Shown here: one piece after another, positions 49,013 to 59,562 of the stretch
Position numbering within the stretch: the first letter of the stretch is position 1
Layout of the letters: every line of letters begins with the position of its first letter
Source: an uncultured delta proteobacterium
GTDB taxonomy: Bacteria; Myxococcota_A; Polyangia; Fen-1088
Length of the DNA stretch: 64,000 nt
Direction of reading: 5' to 3'
Assembly (NCBI GenBank): GCA_963755125.1
Contig: CAVWIP010000011.1
Span: 96,001 to 160,000, forward strand
Notes under the pieces: generated by a model
The model's database searches: none
What the model saw: the letters and a program-made list of their open reading frames with translations, nothing else
Told to the model about the DNA's origin: nothing
Made by a program: the position numbers and the translations under genes

Positions 49013-49661
49013 CGTCCTGGTTTCCCACCCGTATGACCACACCGCGCCTGTGGTCAACGTCGTAGCGCCAGCCCCGCTTGGATTCGCTTGTGCGCATGCC
49101 GAGCGTGGCTTGCGTCGAGTCTTCCACACGGCCCGTCTCGGCGTAAGCGCCCGTCTCAAAGCGAATGCCGAGTGCCAGCAACAGGAAAGTCGCAAACCCG
49201 TATCCGCCCCAGGTTCGCGCCCGCAGACTCAGGGTGAAGCAACGGGGCAAGGCCAGAGCCGGGACACACAGGGCCAGCGACCCCAGCAAGGCTCGGTGAA
49301 GGAAGACCGTCTGCGCGGAGTTGCTCAGCCATCCCACCAAACACAGGCCGAGATACATAAGCCCGGCCAGCCCCAAGGCGACAACGGCTGTGGGCGGGCG
49401 GTGCAATCCCAACATTTTCTGCGCGAGAAACCACAGCGCGATTCCACCGGCCGCAGCTCCCAGAACACTGGGCAGAAACGCCGTCCCGACTGACAGCCCG
49501 GCCACGAAGGCCCCGGTCGCCAGCGCAGACGATCGCCACGGCCAGCCGCACCGCCTTCCTGACCAGTACAGAATCGCGACCAGGATCAGAAAGGGAGCCT
49601 GTCCGACCAAGGTCCAGGTCCGGACGTCCCAGAATGCGAGATGCAGGTGGTGAATCGGCAT
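48918..49661 (-). CDS. Hypothetical membrane protein, possibly degraded
   Basis: Hydrophobic N-terminal two-thirds; 3' end overlaps yhbY convergently, so the C-terminus is doubtful. Confidence 0.4.
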   Translation of the reverse strand: MPIHHLHLAFWDVRTWTLVGQAPFLILVAILYWSGRRCGWPWRSSALATGAFVAGLSVGTAFLPSVLGAAAGGIALWFLAQKMLGLHRPPTAVVALGLAGLMYLGLCLVGWLSNSAQTVFLHRALLGSLALCVPALALPRCFTLSLRARTWGGYGFATFLLLALGIRFETGAYAETGRVEDSTQATLGMRTSESKRGWRYDVDHRRGVVIRVGNQDVRGREPLRPRNAVVWGGACRAGWCVRRSARR

Positions 49662-49705
49662 CGGCTAACGGCCCGCTGTCATCGTGGGATTCATTGTACG
49701 CTGAC

Positions 49706-50401
49706 CTAGCAAGAGCAGGACCAAGTGTGTGTGGCGTCCCATTGGGGTCGTTCCGCGGGCTGCAGGGAAATCGCCAGCTTCACGTCGCGCGCCACCCCCC
49801 AGCCGTTTGCGTAGATCTCGGCCAGCGCGTTCATGTCGTCCGGGCTCTGGGCCAGCAGGCAACGCAGGTACTTCCCGTAGTTATTGGCTGCACCGACGCC
49901 GGTCCGGTAGACCGAGCAATCGGTGCCCGGCCGCGAGTAAAGCGCGAGCTCATCCTTGCTCAACTTCGTCGGAATATTCGGCTCGCCTGCCTGGAAGCAC
50001 CGATCGATGGTCTGCAGCTCGGCCGCCGAGTCGTAGCCGAGATTCACGTGGCGGCTACGCGCCAGATCGGCGAGATGCTTGGCCTGGGTGACATCGGCCT
50101 TGTGGCCGGCGCGGAAGAGCACACCGTCGAGAGCAAAGGGAAAGGCGGGCGCGTAGCCCAGCCCTGCCGCCTTGACGAAGGCCGCTGGATCCGCATCGGT
50201 CGTGTTCATGCCGATCCAGTACCAGGCCTCGGCCAGACCCGCCTCCGCGGCCTTGCGGGCCAAAGCCAGGGCCTCGGCGTGTTTGTGGTTCCTCTCGAGA
50301 ACCTCGGCTCGCGCCAGCTCTTGCTGCGGGGTTTCCGGAGCCTCGGCGAAGACCGACTTGCCCGCGAGCAAACACACCAGAACCGGAAGCAGGCGCTTCA
50401 T
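49706..50401 (-). CDS. Secreted Sel1-like repeat protein, possibly 3'-truncated
   Basis: Signal peptide; KAAEAGLAEA and LAEIYANGWGVARD motifs; ends shortly after the last motif. Confidence 0.6.
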   Translation of the reverse strand: MKRLLPVLVCLLAGKSVFAEAPETPQQELARAEVLERNHKHAEALALARKAAEAGLAEAWYWIGMNTTDADPAAFVKAAGLGYAPAFPFALDGVLFRAGHKADVTQAKHLADLARSRHVNLGYDSAAELQTIDRCFQAGEPNIPTKLSKDELALYSRPGTDCSVYRTGVGAANNYGKYLRCLLAQSPDDMNALAEIYANGWGVARDVKLAISLQPAERPQWDATHTWSCSC

Positions 50402-50458
50402 GACACTCGATCATAGTACGGCCGGGTGCTGACGTCGCCCCGACCACGAGAAAGTCGC

Positions 50459-50872
50459 CTAGCTTTCGACGGTCAGATCCAGGGAGATCTCCAGCTTGAG
50501 CACCTTCGAGATCGGACAGCCAGCCTTGGCGGCGGCTGCCGCCTCCTCGACCTTGGCCTTGTCCGCGCCGCGCGCCTTGACTGTCGTGCGAAGCGCGCTC
50601 TTGGTCAGGGTCGCGTTTTCGAAGGTGACTGCGCAGGTGGTCTCGATGGCCTGGGGGGTGATGCCCCGCTCACCGAGTTGCGCGCTCAAGGCCATGCTGA
50701 AACAGCTCGCATGGGCCGCTGCGATCAGCTCTTCCGGGTTGGTGCCCGGCTCGTCCTCGAAGCGCGTGCGGAACCCGAACTTCATGTCTTTGATCATTCC
50801 GCTGCCGACGCCGAATCTGCCCTGGCCATCTTTCAGGCTTCCGTTCCAGGTTGCGCTCGCGTTGCGTTTCAT
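50459..50872 (-). CDS. osmC: OsmC peroxiredoxin
   Basis: A.WNG.LKDG.G, RFE, GTNPEELIAAAHASCFSM, CPIS. Confidence 0.96.
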   Translation of the reverse strand: MKRNASATWNGSLKDGQGRFGVGSGMIKDMKFGFRTRFEDEPGTNPEELIAAAHASCFSMALSAQLGERGITPQAIETTCAVTFENATLTKSALRTTVKARGADKAKVEEAAAAAKAGCPISKVLKLEISLDLTVES

Positions 50873-51054
50873 TGAATCTCCTCCGTCACCGAGGCCCGCC
50901 CTGATGACCGCGGAATTGCGGCATCGCACTGCGGGCAGCGGCGTCTTGGATTTGATGCCAGTCCTAGCACTATTGCGCCGCGGTCGTTGCATTTGTGCGA
51001 GCCCAACCCCAGACTGTCGTGGTCGGATCGACTTCGCCGCGAAGGAGCAACTTG

Positions 51055-52779
51055 ATGAAGCGAACTGCATGTGCGGCCACTGTGCTTGCGTCGCTGGTTC
51101 TGGGTTGCTCGTCCAGTGGCAAGGGTTCGGGCACTCGTTCGATCGACGCGGGCGGAACCGGTTCTGGAAACGGCGGCGCGAGCGCTTCCTCGCAGGTCGC
51201 GAGCGGATCGGGAGGAACCCAGCAAGCGGGGAGCACGGCGAGCGGGGGCACCGCGAGCACCGGAGGCGGAAGCGCGCAAGGTGGCGCCTCGGGGCTGGCT
51301 GGCACCACTGGATCGGGCGCCGGCGCGGCCGGGCCGGGCGGTAACAGCAGCGGTCTCGGCGGCGTGAGAGGAGCAGGCGGCACGACCGGGGCTGGCGGCA
51401 GCAGCAACAGTTCAGGCGGCACGGGTGGAGCGGGCGGCACGACAGGAGTCGGCGGCACGACTGGCTCCGGCGGTGCGACTGGCTCTGCAGGCATGAGTAA
51501 TTCTGGAGGCACGACTGGTTCCGGCGGATCGGGCGGGATCTTCCGGTCCAGCGGAACTTCCGGCTCCGGAGGCGTCGGGGGCAGGGGCATGACGGCCAGC
51601 GCCGGCGGATCCAGCAGCACCGGTGGATCTGGCAACTCCGGCGGAACGAGCGGCACCGGCGGGGTCGCGGCTACCGGAGGCTCCAGCGCCGTGGGCGGCT
51701 CTGGTGGCCACGGTGGATCCAGCGCGGCTGGAGGCACCAGCGGAACCAGTAGCTGCGGTGCTGCCGCGGGGTCAGGTCCTGTCGGGGTCTTCAACGGCGC
51801 GCTGGCCACCGGCATCACTTTCAAGGATACCGATGGCAACGTGGTCAATACCCACGGCGGCGGCATCATCCAGGTGTGCGACACCTTCTATATGCACGGC
51901 CTGTATTTTCCCCCGGGCCCCACGCCCAACGACTTCAATGGCGTGTCGATGTATTCATCCAAAGACCTGGCGACATGGAAGAACGAGGGCATCGTCCTGC
52001 CCGTGCAGCCGGCCGGCAGCAAGCTCGGGCCCAACCGGAATTGCGATAGGCCGCACATCATCCAGTGTCCCAAGACAGGGGAATTCGTTCTCTACGCCCG
52101 TTCGTCCGACGATGTCACCTTCGAGGAAGACAAGGAAGTCGTCTACGCGACCTCGCCCACGGTCAACGCTGTATACACCTTCCAGGGGTCTCTGCTGAAC
52201 GCGAGCGGACAGACGGCCTCGCACAGTGACATGAGCGCATACGCCGACGACACAGGTGCCTATTTCGTCACCGAGAGCGGCTGGGTCTATCCGCTGGCCG
52301 ACGATTGCCACAGCTGGGTGTCGGGAAAAGAGTACTCAGCCGTCAACGGGCTCTCTGGCGGCGGGGAAGCGCCCACCATTTTCAGGGTTGGCGGCACCTA
52401 CTATTGGATTGCGTCGTACAAGACCGGCTGGCGCTGCAACAACAATTTCTACTCCACGGCGCCGGCCATGACTGGGCCGTGGACCTACCAGGGATTCATT
52501 GCACCAGTGACGGACACCAGCAACGACGTCTCCCCTCAGCAGACCTGGCTGTCGCAGACCACCTGGGTCCAGCCCGTGGTGGGAAGCAAGGGGACAGTCT
52601 ATCTGTACTGGGGCGATCACTGGGACAACTGCGGAGCCACCAGCGGCGCCGGCTCGGACAATTCCCTGGCGACGTTCGTGTTCCAGCCGCTGATCTTCGA
52701 CGCAACCACAACCATGTTGCTGCCGACCTACCTCGCCACCTGGAGCCTCGACGTGGGCGCCGGTACCTGGTCGCAGTAG
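51055..52779 (+). CDS. GH43 (subfamily 24-like) lipoprotein with long Gly/Ser/Thr linker
   Basis: LVLGC lipobox; Gly-rich linker; HGGGII, YSSKDL..W, EAP, TGW..N, SQTT, GDHW. Confidence 0.85.
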   Translation: MKRTACAATVLASLVLGCSSSGKGSGTRSIDAGGTGSGNGGASASSQVASGSGGTQQAGSTASGGTASTGGGSAQGGASGLAGTTGSGAGAAGPGGNSSGLGGVRGAGGTTGAGGSSNSSGGTGGAGGTTGVGGTTGSGGATGSAGMSNSGGTTGSGGSGGIFRSSGTSGSGGVGGRGMTASAGGSSSTGGSGNSGGTSGTGGVAATGGSSAVGGSGGHGGSSAAGGTSGTSSCGAAAGSGPVGVFNGALATGITFKDTDGNVVNTHGGGIIQVCDTFYMHGLYFPPGPTPNDFNGVSMYSSKDLATWKNEGIVLPVQPAGSKLGPNRNCDRPHIIQCPKTGEFVLYARSSDDVTFEEDKEVVYATSPTVNAVYTFQGSLLNASGQTASHSDMSAYADDTGAYFVTESGWVYPLADDCHSWVSGKEYSAVNGLSGGGEAPTIFRVGGTYYWIASYKTGWRCNNNFYSTAPAMTGPWTYQGFIAPVTDTSNDVSPQQTWLSQTTWVQPVVGSKGTVYLYWGDHWDNCGATSGAGSDNSLATFVFQPLIFDATTTMLLPTYLATWSLDVGAGTWSQ

Positions 52780-52858
52780 CGGGCGAGCATCGTCCCGGGT
52801 TCCCACAAATGGGGTAGAAGGGAGTTTTTAGGGACGGAAGAGGCTTGCGCGGTCAGAC

Positions 52859-55800
52859 ATGGAACATCCCAATCAGCCTGGAATCCAAGACCCGCGATCG
52901 GGGCACACGCCCTTGCCTATCGGTGTGCCTGCGGCCTCGAAGAACCTCGATCCAGTTGCCGATTTTCTCCAATCCGTCGAGATCGAAGAGCTGGTTTCCG
53001 CCGACGATTCCCGCCATCTCGAAGCCGAATGCGTTCGCGAGGAGCGGTGGGAGGATCTGGCGGCGCTCCTGCTCGAGCGTTCGTCACAGGTTCTGGATGC
53101 GGCCGAGAGCAGCCGCTGCCTGATGCGGGCGGCGCAGGTCTACGAGACCAATTTGGGCGATACCGACAGCGCCTTCGTGGTCATGCTGGTCGCCTTTCAA
53201 GAAAGCCCGGCGACGCTCGACCTGGCCACCGATCTGGCGCGTATGGCCACGGTTCACAATCGTTGGCCGGACCTGCTGGCGGAGTGCGAGAAGCGGTTGC
53301 CCGAGATCGCTTCTGCGGCCAAGCGCGCTGACATGCTGGTGGCCATGGCGGGTTGGTACCAGAAGGATCTGGGGGATGCGGCGGCGGCCGAGAAGGCCCT
53401 GGAGGCTGCCATGGCGGCCAATCCCTCCAACCCGCAGGCATTCCGCGCCCTGGTCGAGCTGCATGGTCAGCGGGGCAACTGGCTGCGCGCCGCCGCCTAT
53501 CTGACCTGCGCTTCCGGCAGCGCTGCCGACCCGGCGGACGCAATCGAGTTGGCCCTGGAGGCTGCCGAGGTTTTTCGCGAGCGTCTGCACGACATGGACG
53601 CCGCCATCGAGCAATACACGCGGATTCTCGAACGATCGCCCGGTCATCCTCGGGCCACGGCCGCCTTGGCGGAACTGGCCTGGGTTCGCAAGGACTGGCC
53701 CATCGCCCTGCCCCTGTTCGAGAACATGGCCGGCTCGGCCAAACACGCGTTGAACGAGTCCGCTCAGCTTTGGCACAAGGTCGCGTGGTCGGCGCAGATG
53801 CTGGGCGACATGGAGCGAGCGCGAGCGGGTTATCGTCGCTCGCATGCGGCGCTTTCCACCTATCTGCCGACCCTGCAATCGTGGTCGCAACTCGCCCGCA
53901 GCCAGGGGTGGTGGCAGGACGTGTGCCAGACCATTCCGCGTCTGCTGGCCCAGAGCAGTGATCGCCTGAGCGCTGCTGAACGTGCGGATCATCTGGTCGC
54001 TCTCGGCAAGGCGCATCTTGAACTCCGCGATGCGGAATCCGCCGCCGAAGTCTTCATGAAGGCGCTGGAACTGGCGCCTGATCTCGCGGTGGCCCGGCAG
54101 GCCCTAGCTGAGGCCAACGCCCGGATCGAAGGTCGCGGTTCCGAGAACGCGGCGGCGCTCATCGAGCAGATTCGCCGGCTGCTTGCAGGAAACCTGTCGT
54201 CCGACGAGCGGTTCGAGTATCTCTGTCGCATCGGTCGTCTGCAGCGCGAGGAACTGCACGACAATCGCGCCGCCCTGGAAACCTTCCTGCACGCCTCCAC
54301 CTTGCGGCCCGACGATCCGGATGTCCTGCACGAGTTGGTCGAGCTGCACACCCACGATGGCCACTGGTCACGCGTGGTCGGGGCGCTCGAGCGCCTGGTG
54401 CGGGTGTCCTCGGGAAAGGACAAGGCGCGCACCCTGGTGGCGACGGCCAACATTCTCAACTATGAGCTGGAGTCGCCGCTCGAAGCCGTCGATCTGTACA
54501 ACCAGGCGCTGGACGAGGATCCGGATGACCGGCGCAGTTTCGAGCGCATCCAGCGCATCCTGTCCGCACGGCAGGATTGGCGCGCGCTGGCTCGGGCCTA
54601 TCGCCGCATGATCCGGCGACTGGGGGCCAATCCATCGCCCGACAAGCGCCCATGGCTGCTGGGCCTGTGGCGAGGCCTAGCCGACCTGTGCTGGCGCACC
54701 CTGCGCGACATCCCAGCCGCGGCTGCTGCGTACGAGGTGTGCGTATCGCTGGCTCCCGAAGACGGGCAACACCGCGAGGCTTTGGCCAAGAGCTACGAGG
54801 CGCAGGGCCCGGCCATGTTCAGGCAGGCGGTGAAGACGCGCGAACATCTGCTGCGCATGTCGAGCAATGCCGATCAGGCGGCCAAGCACATCCGCGCCTT
54901 GGCCAACCTGTACCGCGGGCAGCGCAGGCACGATCGCGTGTTTTGCGCATGCGGCGGCCTCAGCGTCCTGATGAAGGCCGACGTCCGCGAGCGCGGCTAC
55001 TACGAAAAGAACGCATTGCCCAGCGTCCCGGTGGCGAGCAGCATGTTGACCGAAGCGCAGTGGCAAAGCTGCATTTCGTGCGAGCGCGAGGATCGGCGCA
55101 TCTCGCAGGTGCTGGCTGCGGTCAGCGCGGGTGTGCTCATGACGCGGGTCCAGGATGCGGCGTCGTACGGCCTGGAGCCCAGGCACCGTCGCGATCCAAC
55201 CGATCAGCGATCCCTGCTCGGACGCATCCTGGTCTATATCAGTCGCTTCACCGGCGTGCCCTTGCCCACCATCTACGCGCCTCCCGGCGCGCCCGGCGAG
55301 ATCGATCTGGTGGTTCTGCAGGGCGGACACCGGCCCGCGCTTGCCTTCGTGCTGGGGCGCGACCTGGCTGTTGGCCGGACAGACCGCGAGCTGGCTTTCT
55401 TCCTCGCCAAGCGGCTGGTGGGCTTGCGCGCCGATCGCTGTCTGCTCTGGCCGCGCCTGGTGTCCACCAAGGGCGAACTGCGCGCCATCCTGGGCGCCGC
55501 CATCCGACTGGTGAGACCGCGCTACGAATTGCCCGAAGCCGATCCCAAGGCGATCCGTCAGTATCTCGCGTACCTGCAACGCGTGTTGCCGACCACGCAG
55601 ATGGCCCCCATTGCATCAGCGGTCGAGTCGTTGCTGGCCGGCGCCGGCCGCATCGATCTGGATGGTTGGCTCGCGGCAGGCGAGGAAACCGCCAATCGCG
55701 CGGGGCTTCTCGCCTGCGGTGACGTGATGGCGGCGGCGCGGGAGATCGTCAAGGAGGCGCGCCTGCGCAGGTCTCGTCCGGAAGATGCCATTTTGGCCAT

Positions 55801-55915
55801 GGTCCGCTGGGGCGTCTCCTCGGACTATCTTGACCTGCGCACCCAGCTTGGCCTGGCGCTGGTCTCGGAAGAAGACAAGACGCCACTGGTCACGCGCACC
55901 TACCCGGCTACCTGA
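52859..55915 (+). CDS. Large TPR-repeat protein (myxobacterial gliding-associated-like)
   Basis: Many TPR helices; C-terminal EL.F...K.L and TANRAGLL.CGD domain. Confidence 0.8.
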   Translation: MEHPNQPGIQDPRSGHTPLPIGVPAASKNLDPVADFLQSVEIEELVSADDSRHLEAECVREERWEDLAALLLERSSQVLDAAESSRCLMRAAQVYETNLGDTDSAFVVMLVAFQESPATLDLATDLARMATVHNRWPDLLAECEKRLPEIASAAKRADMLVAMAGWYQKDLGDAAAAEKALEAAMAANPSNPQAFRALVELHGQRGNWLRAAAYLTCASGSAADPADAIELALEAAEVFRERLHDMDAAIEQYTRILERSPGHPRATAALAELAWVRKDWPIALPLFENMAGSAKHALNESAQLWHKVAWSAQMLGDMERARAGYRRSHAALSTYLPTLQSWSQLARSQGWWQDVCQTIPRLLAQSSDRLSAAERADHLVALGKAHLELRDAESAAEVFMKALELAPDLAVARQALAEANARIEGRGSENAAALIEQIRRLLAGNLSSDERFEYLCRIGRLQREELHDNRAALETFLHASTLRPDDPDVLHELVELHTHDGHWSRVVGALERLVRVSSGKDKARTLVATANILNYELESPLEAVDLYNQALDEDPDDRRSFERIQRILSARQDWRALARAYRRMIRRLGANPSPDKRPWLLGLWRGLADLCWRTLRDIPAAAAAYEVCVSLAPEDGQHREALAKSYEAQGPAMFRQAVKTREHLLRMSSNADQAAKHIRALANLYRGQRRHDRVFCACGGLSVLMKADVRERGYYEKNALPSVPVASSMLTEAQWQSCISCEREDRRISQVLAAVSAGVLMTRVQDAASYGLEPRHRRDPTDQRSLLGRILVYISRFTGVPLPTIYAPPGAPGEIDLVVLQGGHRPALAFVLGRDLAVGRTDRELAFFLAKRLVGLRADRCLLWPRLVSTKGELRAILGAAIRLVRPRYELPEADPKAIRQYLAYLQRVLPTTQMAPIASAVESLLAGAGRIDLDGWLAAGEETANRAGLLACGDVMAAAREIVKEARLRRSRPEDAILAMVRWGVSSDYLDLRTQLGLALVSEEDKTPLVTRTYPAT

Positions 55916-55968
55916 CCCCCCACACCCTTGGCCGGGACTATTCAAGCGGTCCCGGCTATCATGCGCAC

Positions 55969-56811
55969 ATGACCAGCACGATGCTCGCGGGGCTGTCCCT
56001 CATCGATTCCACGGGTCTTGCCATCCTGGCGACGACGGTCACCACGCTGGTGCTCGGCATTGTCGCCAACCTGTGGCTGCGCGCTCGCTACGCCGCCCTG
56101 GAGAAGGATCTTCGTCGTTCTCGCGATCCGGAGGCTACGTTTTCGCACGCCGTGCTGAACCGCATAGTCCTCGATGCACGCGAGGCGGCCCAGCGCTCGC
56201 GCGAGGTCAACACCCAGGCGATGATCGAGGATCGCTTCCAGTCGGATCTCAGGACGATGCTGTTTGCCGAGCGCTTCGTCCGCTCGGCGACCGGATTGGT
56301 CATCATCCTGGGGCTGCTGGGCACCTTCTACGGGCTGACGTTGTCGATCGGAAGAATCGTTCATCTGGTGGCGGCAGAGGGTGGTGCCACGGACGCCGCG
56401 CTCGGGGTGAGCCAGGGGTTGACCCACGCTCTGTCGGGGATGGCGGTGGCGTTCTCCAATTCCCTGGTCGGCGTCCTGTCTGCCGTCATCCTCACCATAC
56501 TGGGCGTCCTGTCCAACGTCTCGGACCGGCGGACTGCGGTGATGATACAGATCGAAACCACCCTCGACCGGGTTTGTGGCGGCGCGATCGAGCCAGCCAT
56601 GGCGGGCTTGGGCGGCGCGGTGGCGCGTCTCGATGGCGCGGTGGCGCGCTTCGAGTCGGCCTTGCAGGCTTTTGCGACCACGACCCGGGACTTCCACGAG
56701 TTCAACGCGCACCTCAAGGACAACGTGCAGCGGCTCAGTCTGACCTTCGCCGACCTAAGCGATTCGCTGAAAAACCACATCGGCGTGCTTCCGCCCGGTC
56801 GCAAGGGCTAA
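55969..56811 (+). CDS. MotA/TolQ/ExbB-family channel protein (ZorA-like)
   Basis: LGLLGTFYGL, LSGMAVAFSNSLVG; helical C-terminal tail. Confidence 0.85.
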   Translation: MTSTMLAGLSLIDSTGLAILATTVTTLVLGIVANLWLRARYAALEKDLRRSRDPEATFSHAVLNRIVLDAREAAQRSREVNTQAMIEDRFQSDLRTMLFAERFVRSATGLVIILGLLGTFYGLTLSIGRIVHLVAAEGGATDAALGVSQGLTHALSGMAVAFSNSLVGVLSAVILTILGVLSNVSDRRTAVMIQIETTLDRVCGGAIEPAMAGLGGAVARLDGAVARFESALQAFATTTRDFHEFNAHLKDNVQRLSLTFADLSDSLKNHIGVLPPGRKG

Positions 56812-56824
56812 GGGGGGAAGACCC

Positions 56825-57700
56825 GTGAGATACCGGCGACAGCTCCTGTCGGACAACGATGGCACGCGCGAGATCTGGCCCGCGTTCACCGACGTCATGT
56901 CGACCATGGCGCTCATCATGTTCGTGCTGGTCTTGCTCGCCTACGTCAAGAATCTGATCAGCGAGAAGCGCCTCGAAGATTTTCAGCGAAGAATCGCAGC
57001 CTCGGAACGACAGCTCCGAACCGTGCAAGCGGAGGTGCAAGCGGGCAGGGCCGAGCTCGATCTCTCGCAAGCCCGGCTGCGCGCCCAGCAGGCCGTGGTG
57101 GCCGACAGCAATCGGCAGCTCGGTACCTTGCGCGCGCAGTTGCAAAGCATCGCGGTGCTTCGTATTTCCGTGCTCGACAAGTTGAAGACCGCGATTGAGA
57201 CGCAGCTCGGTCGCTCCAGTCCGAGCAGCGGACAGATCGCGACCATCGGCAACAACGGTGACATCGCAGTCAACGAGGGCTTGGTGTTCGAGTACAACTC
57301 CTACGCCATCAAGAAGCAGGCCAAGCCCTTCCTGGATTCGCTGGCCAAGGCGCTGGGTAACCTGCTGGCAGACCCCGAGGTGCGCGAAACCATCGACACG
57401 GTCGTCATCCAGGGTCACACCGACGAGCGAGGCTCGGCTTCCTTTAACTGGGAGCTGTCGGCGAAGCGCGCGACTGCTGTGCTTGACTATTTGTTCCAGA
57501 GCAACAAGACGCTGGCCGACACCTACGGCAGCTATTTTGCCGCCAGCGCCTATTCCAAGTTCCGTCCCATCAACCCGTCGAAAGCCGAAGCAGCCTACCA
57601 ACAAAACCGCCGCATCGAGATCTCGATCGTTCCCAGGGACGCCAACGTGCGCAAGGTCATCGACGACTACATGAAGAGCACCGGCGCTCCGCTGCCGTAA
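56825..57700 (+). CDS. MotB/OmpA-family partner (ZorB-like)
   Basis: WPAFTDVMS TM Asp; coiled coil; GHTD, NWELSAKRA, NRRIEI. Confidence 0.88.
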   Translation: MRYRRQLLSDNDGTREIWPAFTDVMSTMALIMFVLVLLAYVKNLISEKRLEDFQRRIAASERQLRTVQAEVQAGRAELDLSQARLRAQQAVVADSNRQLGTLRAQLQSIAVLRISVLDKLKTAIETQLGRSSPSSGQIATIGNNGDIAVNEGLVFEYNSYAIKKQAKPFLDSLAKALGNLLADPEVRETIDTVVIQGHTDERGSASFNWELSAKRATAVLDYLFQSNKTLADTYGSYFAASAYSKFRPINPSKAEAAYQQNRRIEISIVPRDANVRKVIDDYMKSTGAPLP

Positions 57701-58293
57701 GTTGTTCTCGGACCCAGCGCCCGGACGCTGAGAGGCGACTTGCCGGCCAGTGGCCCTTGTCCGGGTCCACGTTGGGCCAGCCGTTCTCATCCCAGTCCTC
57801 CGGCCGCAGGATGGATCAGGGAAAAGTTACCGACGACAATCGTACCTCGCCCGCGAACGTTCCCGTCGCGTGTACGTAGCTGACGACCACGGTCCTGCCG
57901 CCATCGCACATCGGCGGCTCACAACATTGTGTCGCGTGCCCGTGAAGGACTGCGCGCTTCGAGGCCATGTCGAGGGGCATTGTACGCCGGGTGGCTGATC
58001 GGATCGTACGGCGATCCGGACGCGAGCGCGGAGCTATAGCTGTACCAATAGTTAGGCAGCCGCTCGCGCCTCCCTTCGCGTCCCATTGAAATCTTGCGGT
58101 ATTGACGACTGAGGCCGATCGCGCGGAAGACGAAAACTGGGAACCCACAGACGGCACGAGCATCTAAATGGCGAGGGACAGATAGTTCCCCTGGGGGGTG
58201 AGTCTTTGAGGGTTGGCGGAGGGGCTACCTTCTGGCGGGGATGGTGCATGAACGGTTGGAGAAATCTGCTGCGGCCGTTCGAGGAGGAGTTAC

Positions 58294-59532
58294 GTGCAGT
58301 ACGTAATGATTTTGTTGGGCTTGGCGCTTTTACTGGCAACCGTATGGGACCATTTTCGGCTGCGACGCGCGTTGCTCGAACAGCATGCTGCGGTCCAGGG
58401 CTCTGGGATCGCGGCCGCCATCGCGGGAAGACTTGACGCCCGGCCGTTGCCATCGATCACGGTGGTGCGTCCCGTGAAGGGGCTCGACGTGGACGCTGAG
58501 CAGAACCTGGCCGCCGCGCTCGACAACGACTACCCCGGCGAGGTTGAAACCATCTTCGTGCTCGACGACGAACTCGATCCCGCCTTTGCGACGGTTCGCA
58601 AGGCCGTTGCCGCCCATGTCGCGGCCGGCCGATTCGGCAAGGCGAGGATCATGCTCGCCGGAGAACCGCCCGCGACCATGACCGGAAAACTGCACGCGAT
58701 GATCGCCGGTCTGGGCCAAGCCACGGGCTATCTGGTCGCCTTCGCAGACTCGGATACTCGGCCGCATCGCTATTCGCTGCGTTTGGCCGTCGAGAAGCTG
58801 CTCACCACCGCGCGGGCCGGATCGGTATTCGTGCCGGTGGTGGCTAGCGAGGCGCCGCAAACTGCCGGCGACGTGGGCGTGGCGATGATGCTGAACGGAC
58901 TCTATGGCCCCGCGGTGGCCAGCACCGTACGGAGCAGTGGTGACATGCCCTTCATCATGGGACAGCTCATGGTGTTCCGGCGTGAGACGCTCAAGAGCCT
59001 GAGCGATCTGCAGAGCGTGCGCGGCGAGTTGGTCGACGACATGCGCATCGGGATGGATGTGGTGGCGGCCGGGTATCGCAACGTCGTCTCGGCGGACACC
59101 CTTCCCATCGTGGTCCGTGGCCTCGGGCTCGCGGAATTCGTTCGCATGTTCCGCCGATGGCTCATCTTCTCTCGCTCTGGCTTGCCGACCTGGTCGTTCA
59201 AGTTGCCGGTGTGGCTGCGCGGCCTGGAGTTCTGGCTGGGATTTCTCATGGCGACGCTCGCTTTGCTCGACGGGCTGTACCTGGCCGCGCTTCCCGCCGC
59301 GGCGGTCGTGGTTGCGGTGAGCGCCAGCGTTGTGCGCCTGCACCGCGCCCTGGGCGGCGCGGCCATTGGCTGGCAGCACGCTTGGGTTCCCGCCGCGATC
59401 TTGTTGCTGGGGCCGCTGGTTCTGCTAAGCGCGATTCTCAAGCCGGAAGTGACGTGGCGAGGACGCACCTACCGTCTCGATGCGCGTTCCAAGCTGCACC
59501 GTCCGGAACCCGCGCACGCCCACCGGTCCTGA
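58294..59532 (+). CDS. GT21 ceramide glucosyltransferase/HpnI-like protein
   Basis: RPVKGLD, GKL, FADSD, GELVDD, RRW, VTWRGRTY; GAGGAG RBS. Confidence 0.85.
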   Translation: MQYVMILLGLALLLATVWDHFRLRRALLEQHAAVQGSGIAAAIAGRLDARPLPSITVVRPVKGLDVDAEQNLAAALDNDYPGEVETIFVLDDELDPAFATVRKAVAAHVAAGRFGKARIMLAGEPPATMTGKLHAMIAGLGQATGYLVAFADSDTRPHRYSLRLAVEKLLTTARAGSVFVPVVASEAPQTAGDVGVAMMLNGLYGPAVASTVRSSGDMPFIMGQLMVFRRETLKSLSDLQSVRGELVDDMRIGMDVVAAGYRNVVSADTLPIVVRGLGLAEFVRMFRRWLIFSRSGLPTWSFKLPVWLRGLEFWLGFLMATLALLDGLYLAALPAAAVVVAVSASVVRLHRALGGAAIGWQHAWVPAAILLLGPLVLLSAILKPEVTWRGRTYRLDARSKLHRPEPAHAHRS

Positions 59533-59562
59533 CACCTCGCCGTCGAGCGATCGCCCTTTTGC

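Noticed and set aside
55969..57700. Complete Zorya system or flagellar motAB
   Set aside because: No zorC/D/E or flagellar genes in the window, and the ZorA-like tail is short
57701..58293. Integron attC site or small gene in the ~590-bp gap
   Set aside because: A GCCTAAC occurs on the minus strand but I found no matching GTTRRRY arm or integrase; the short ORFs lack recognisable motifs
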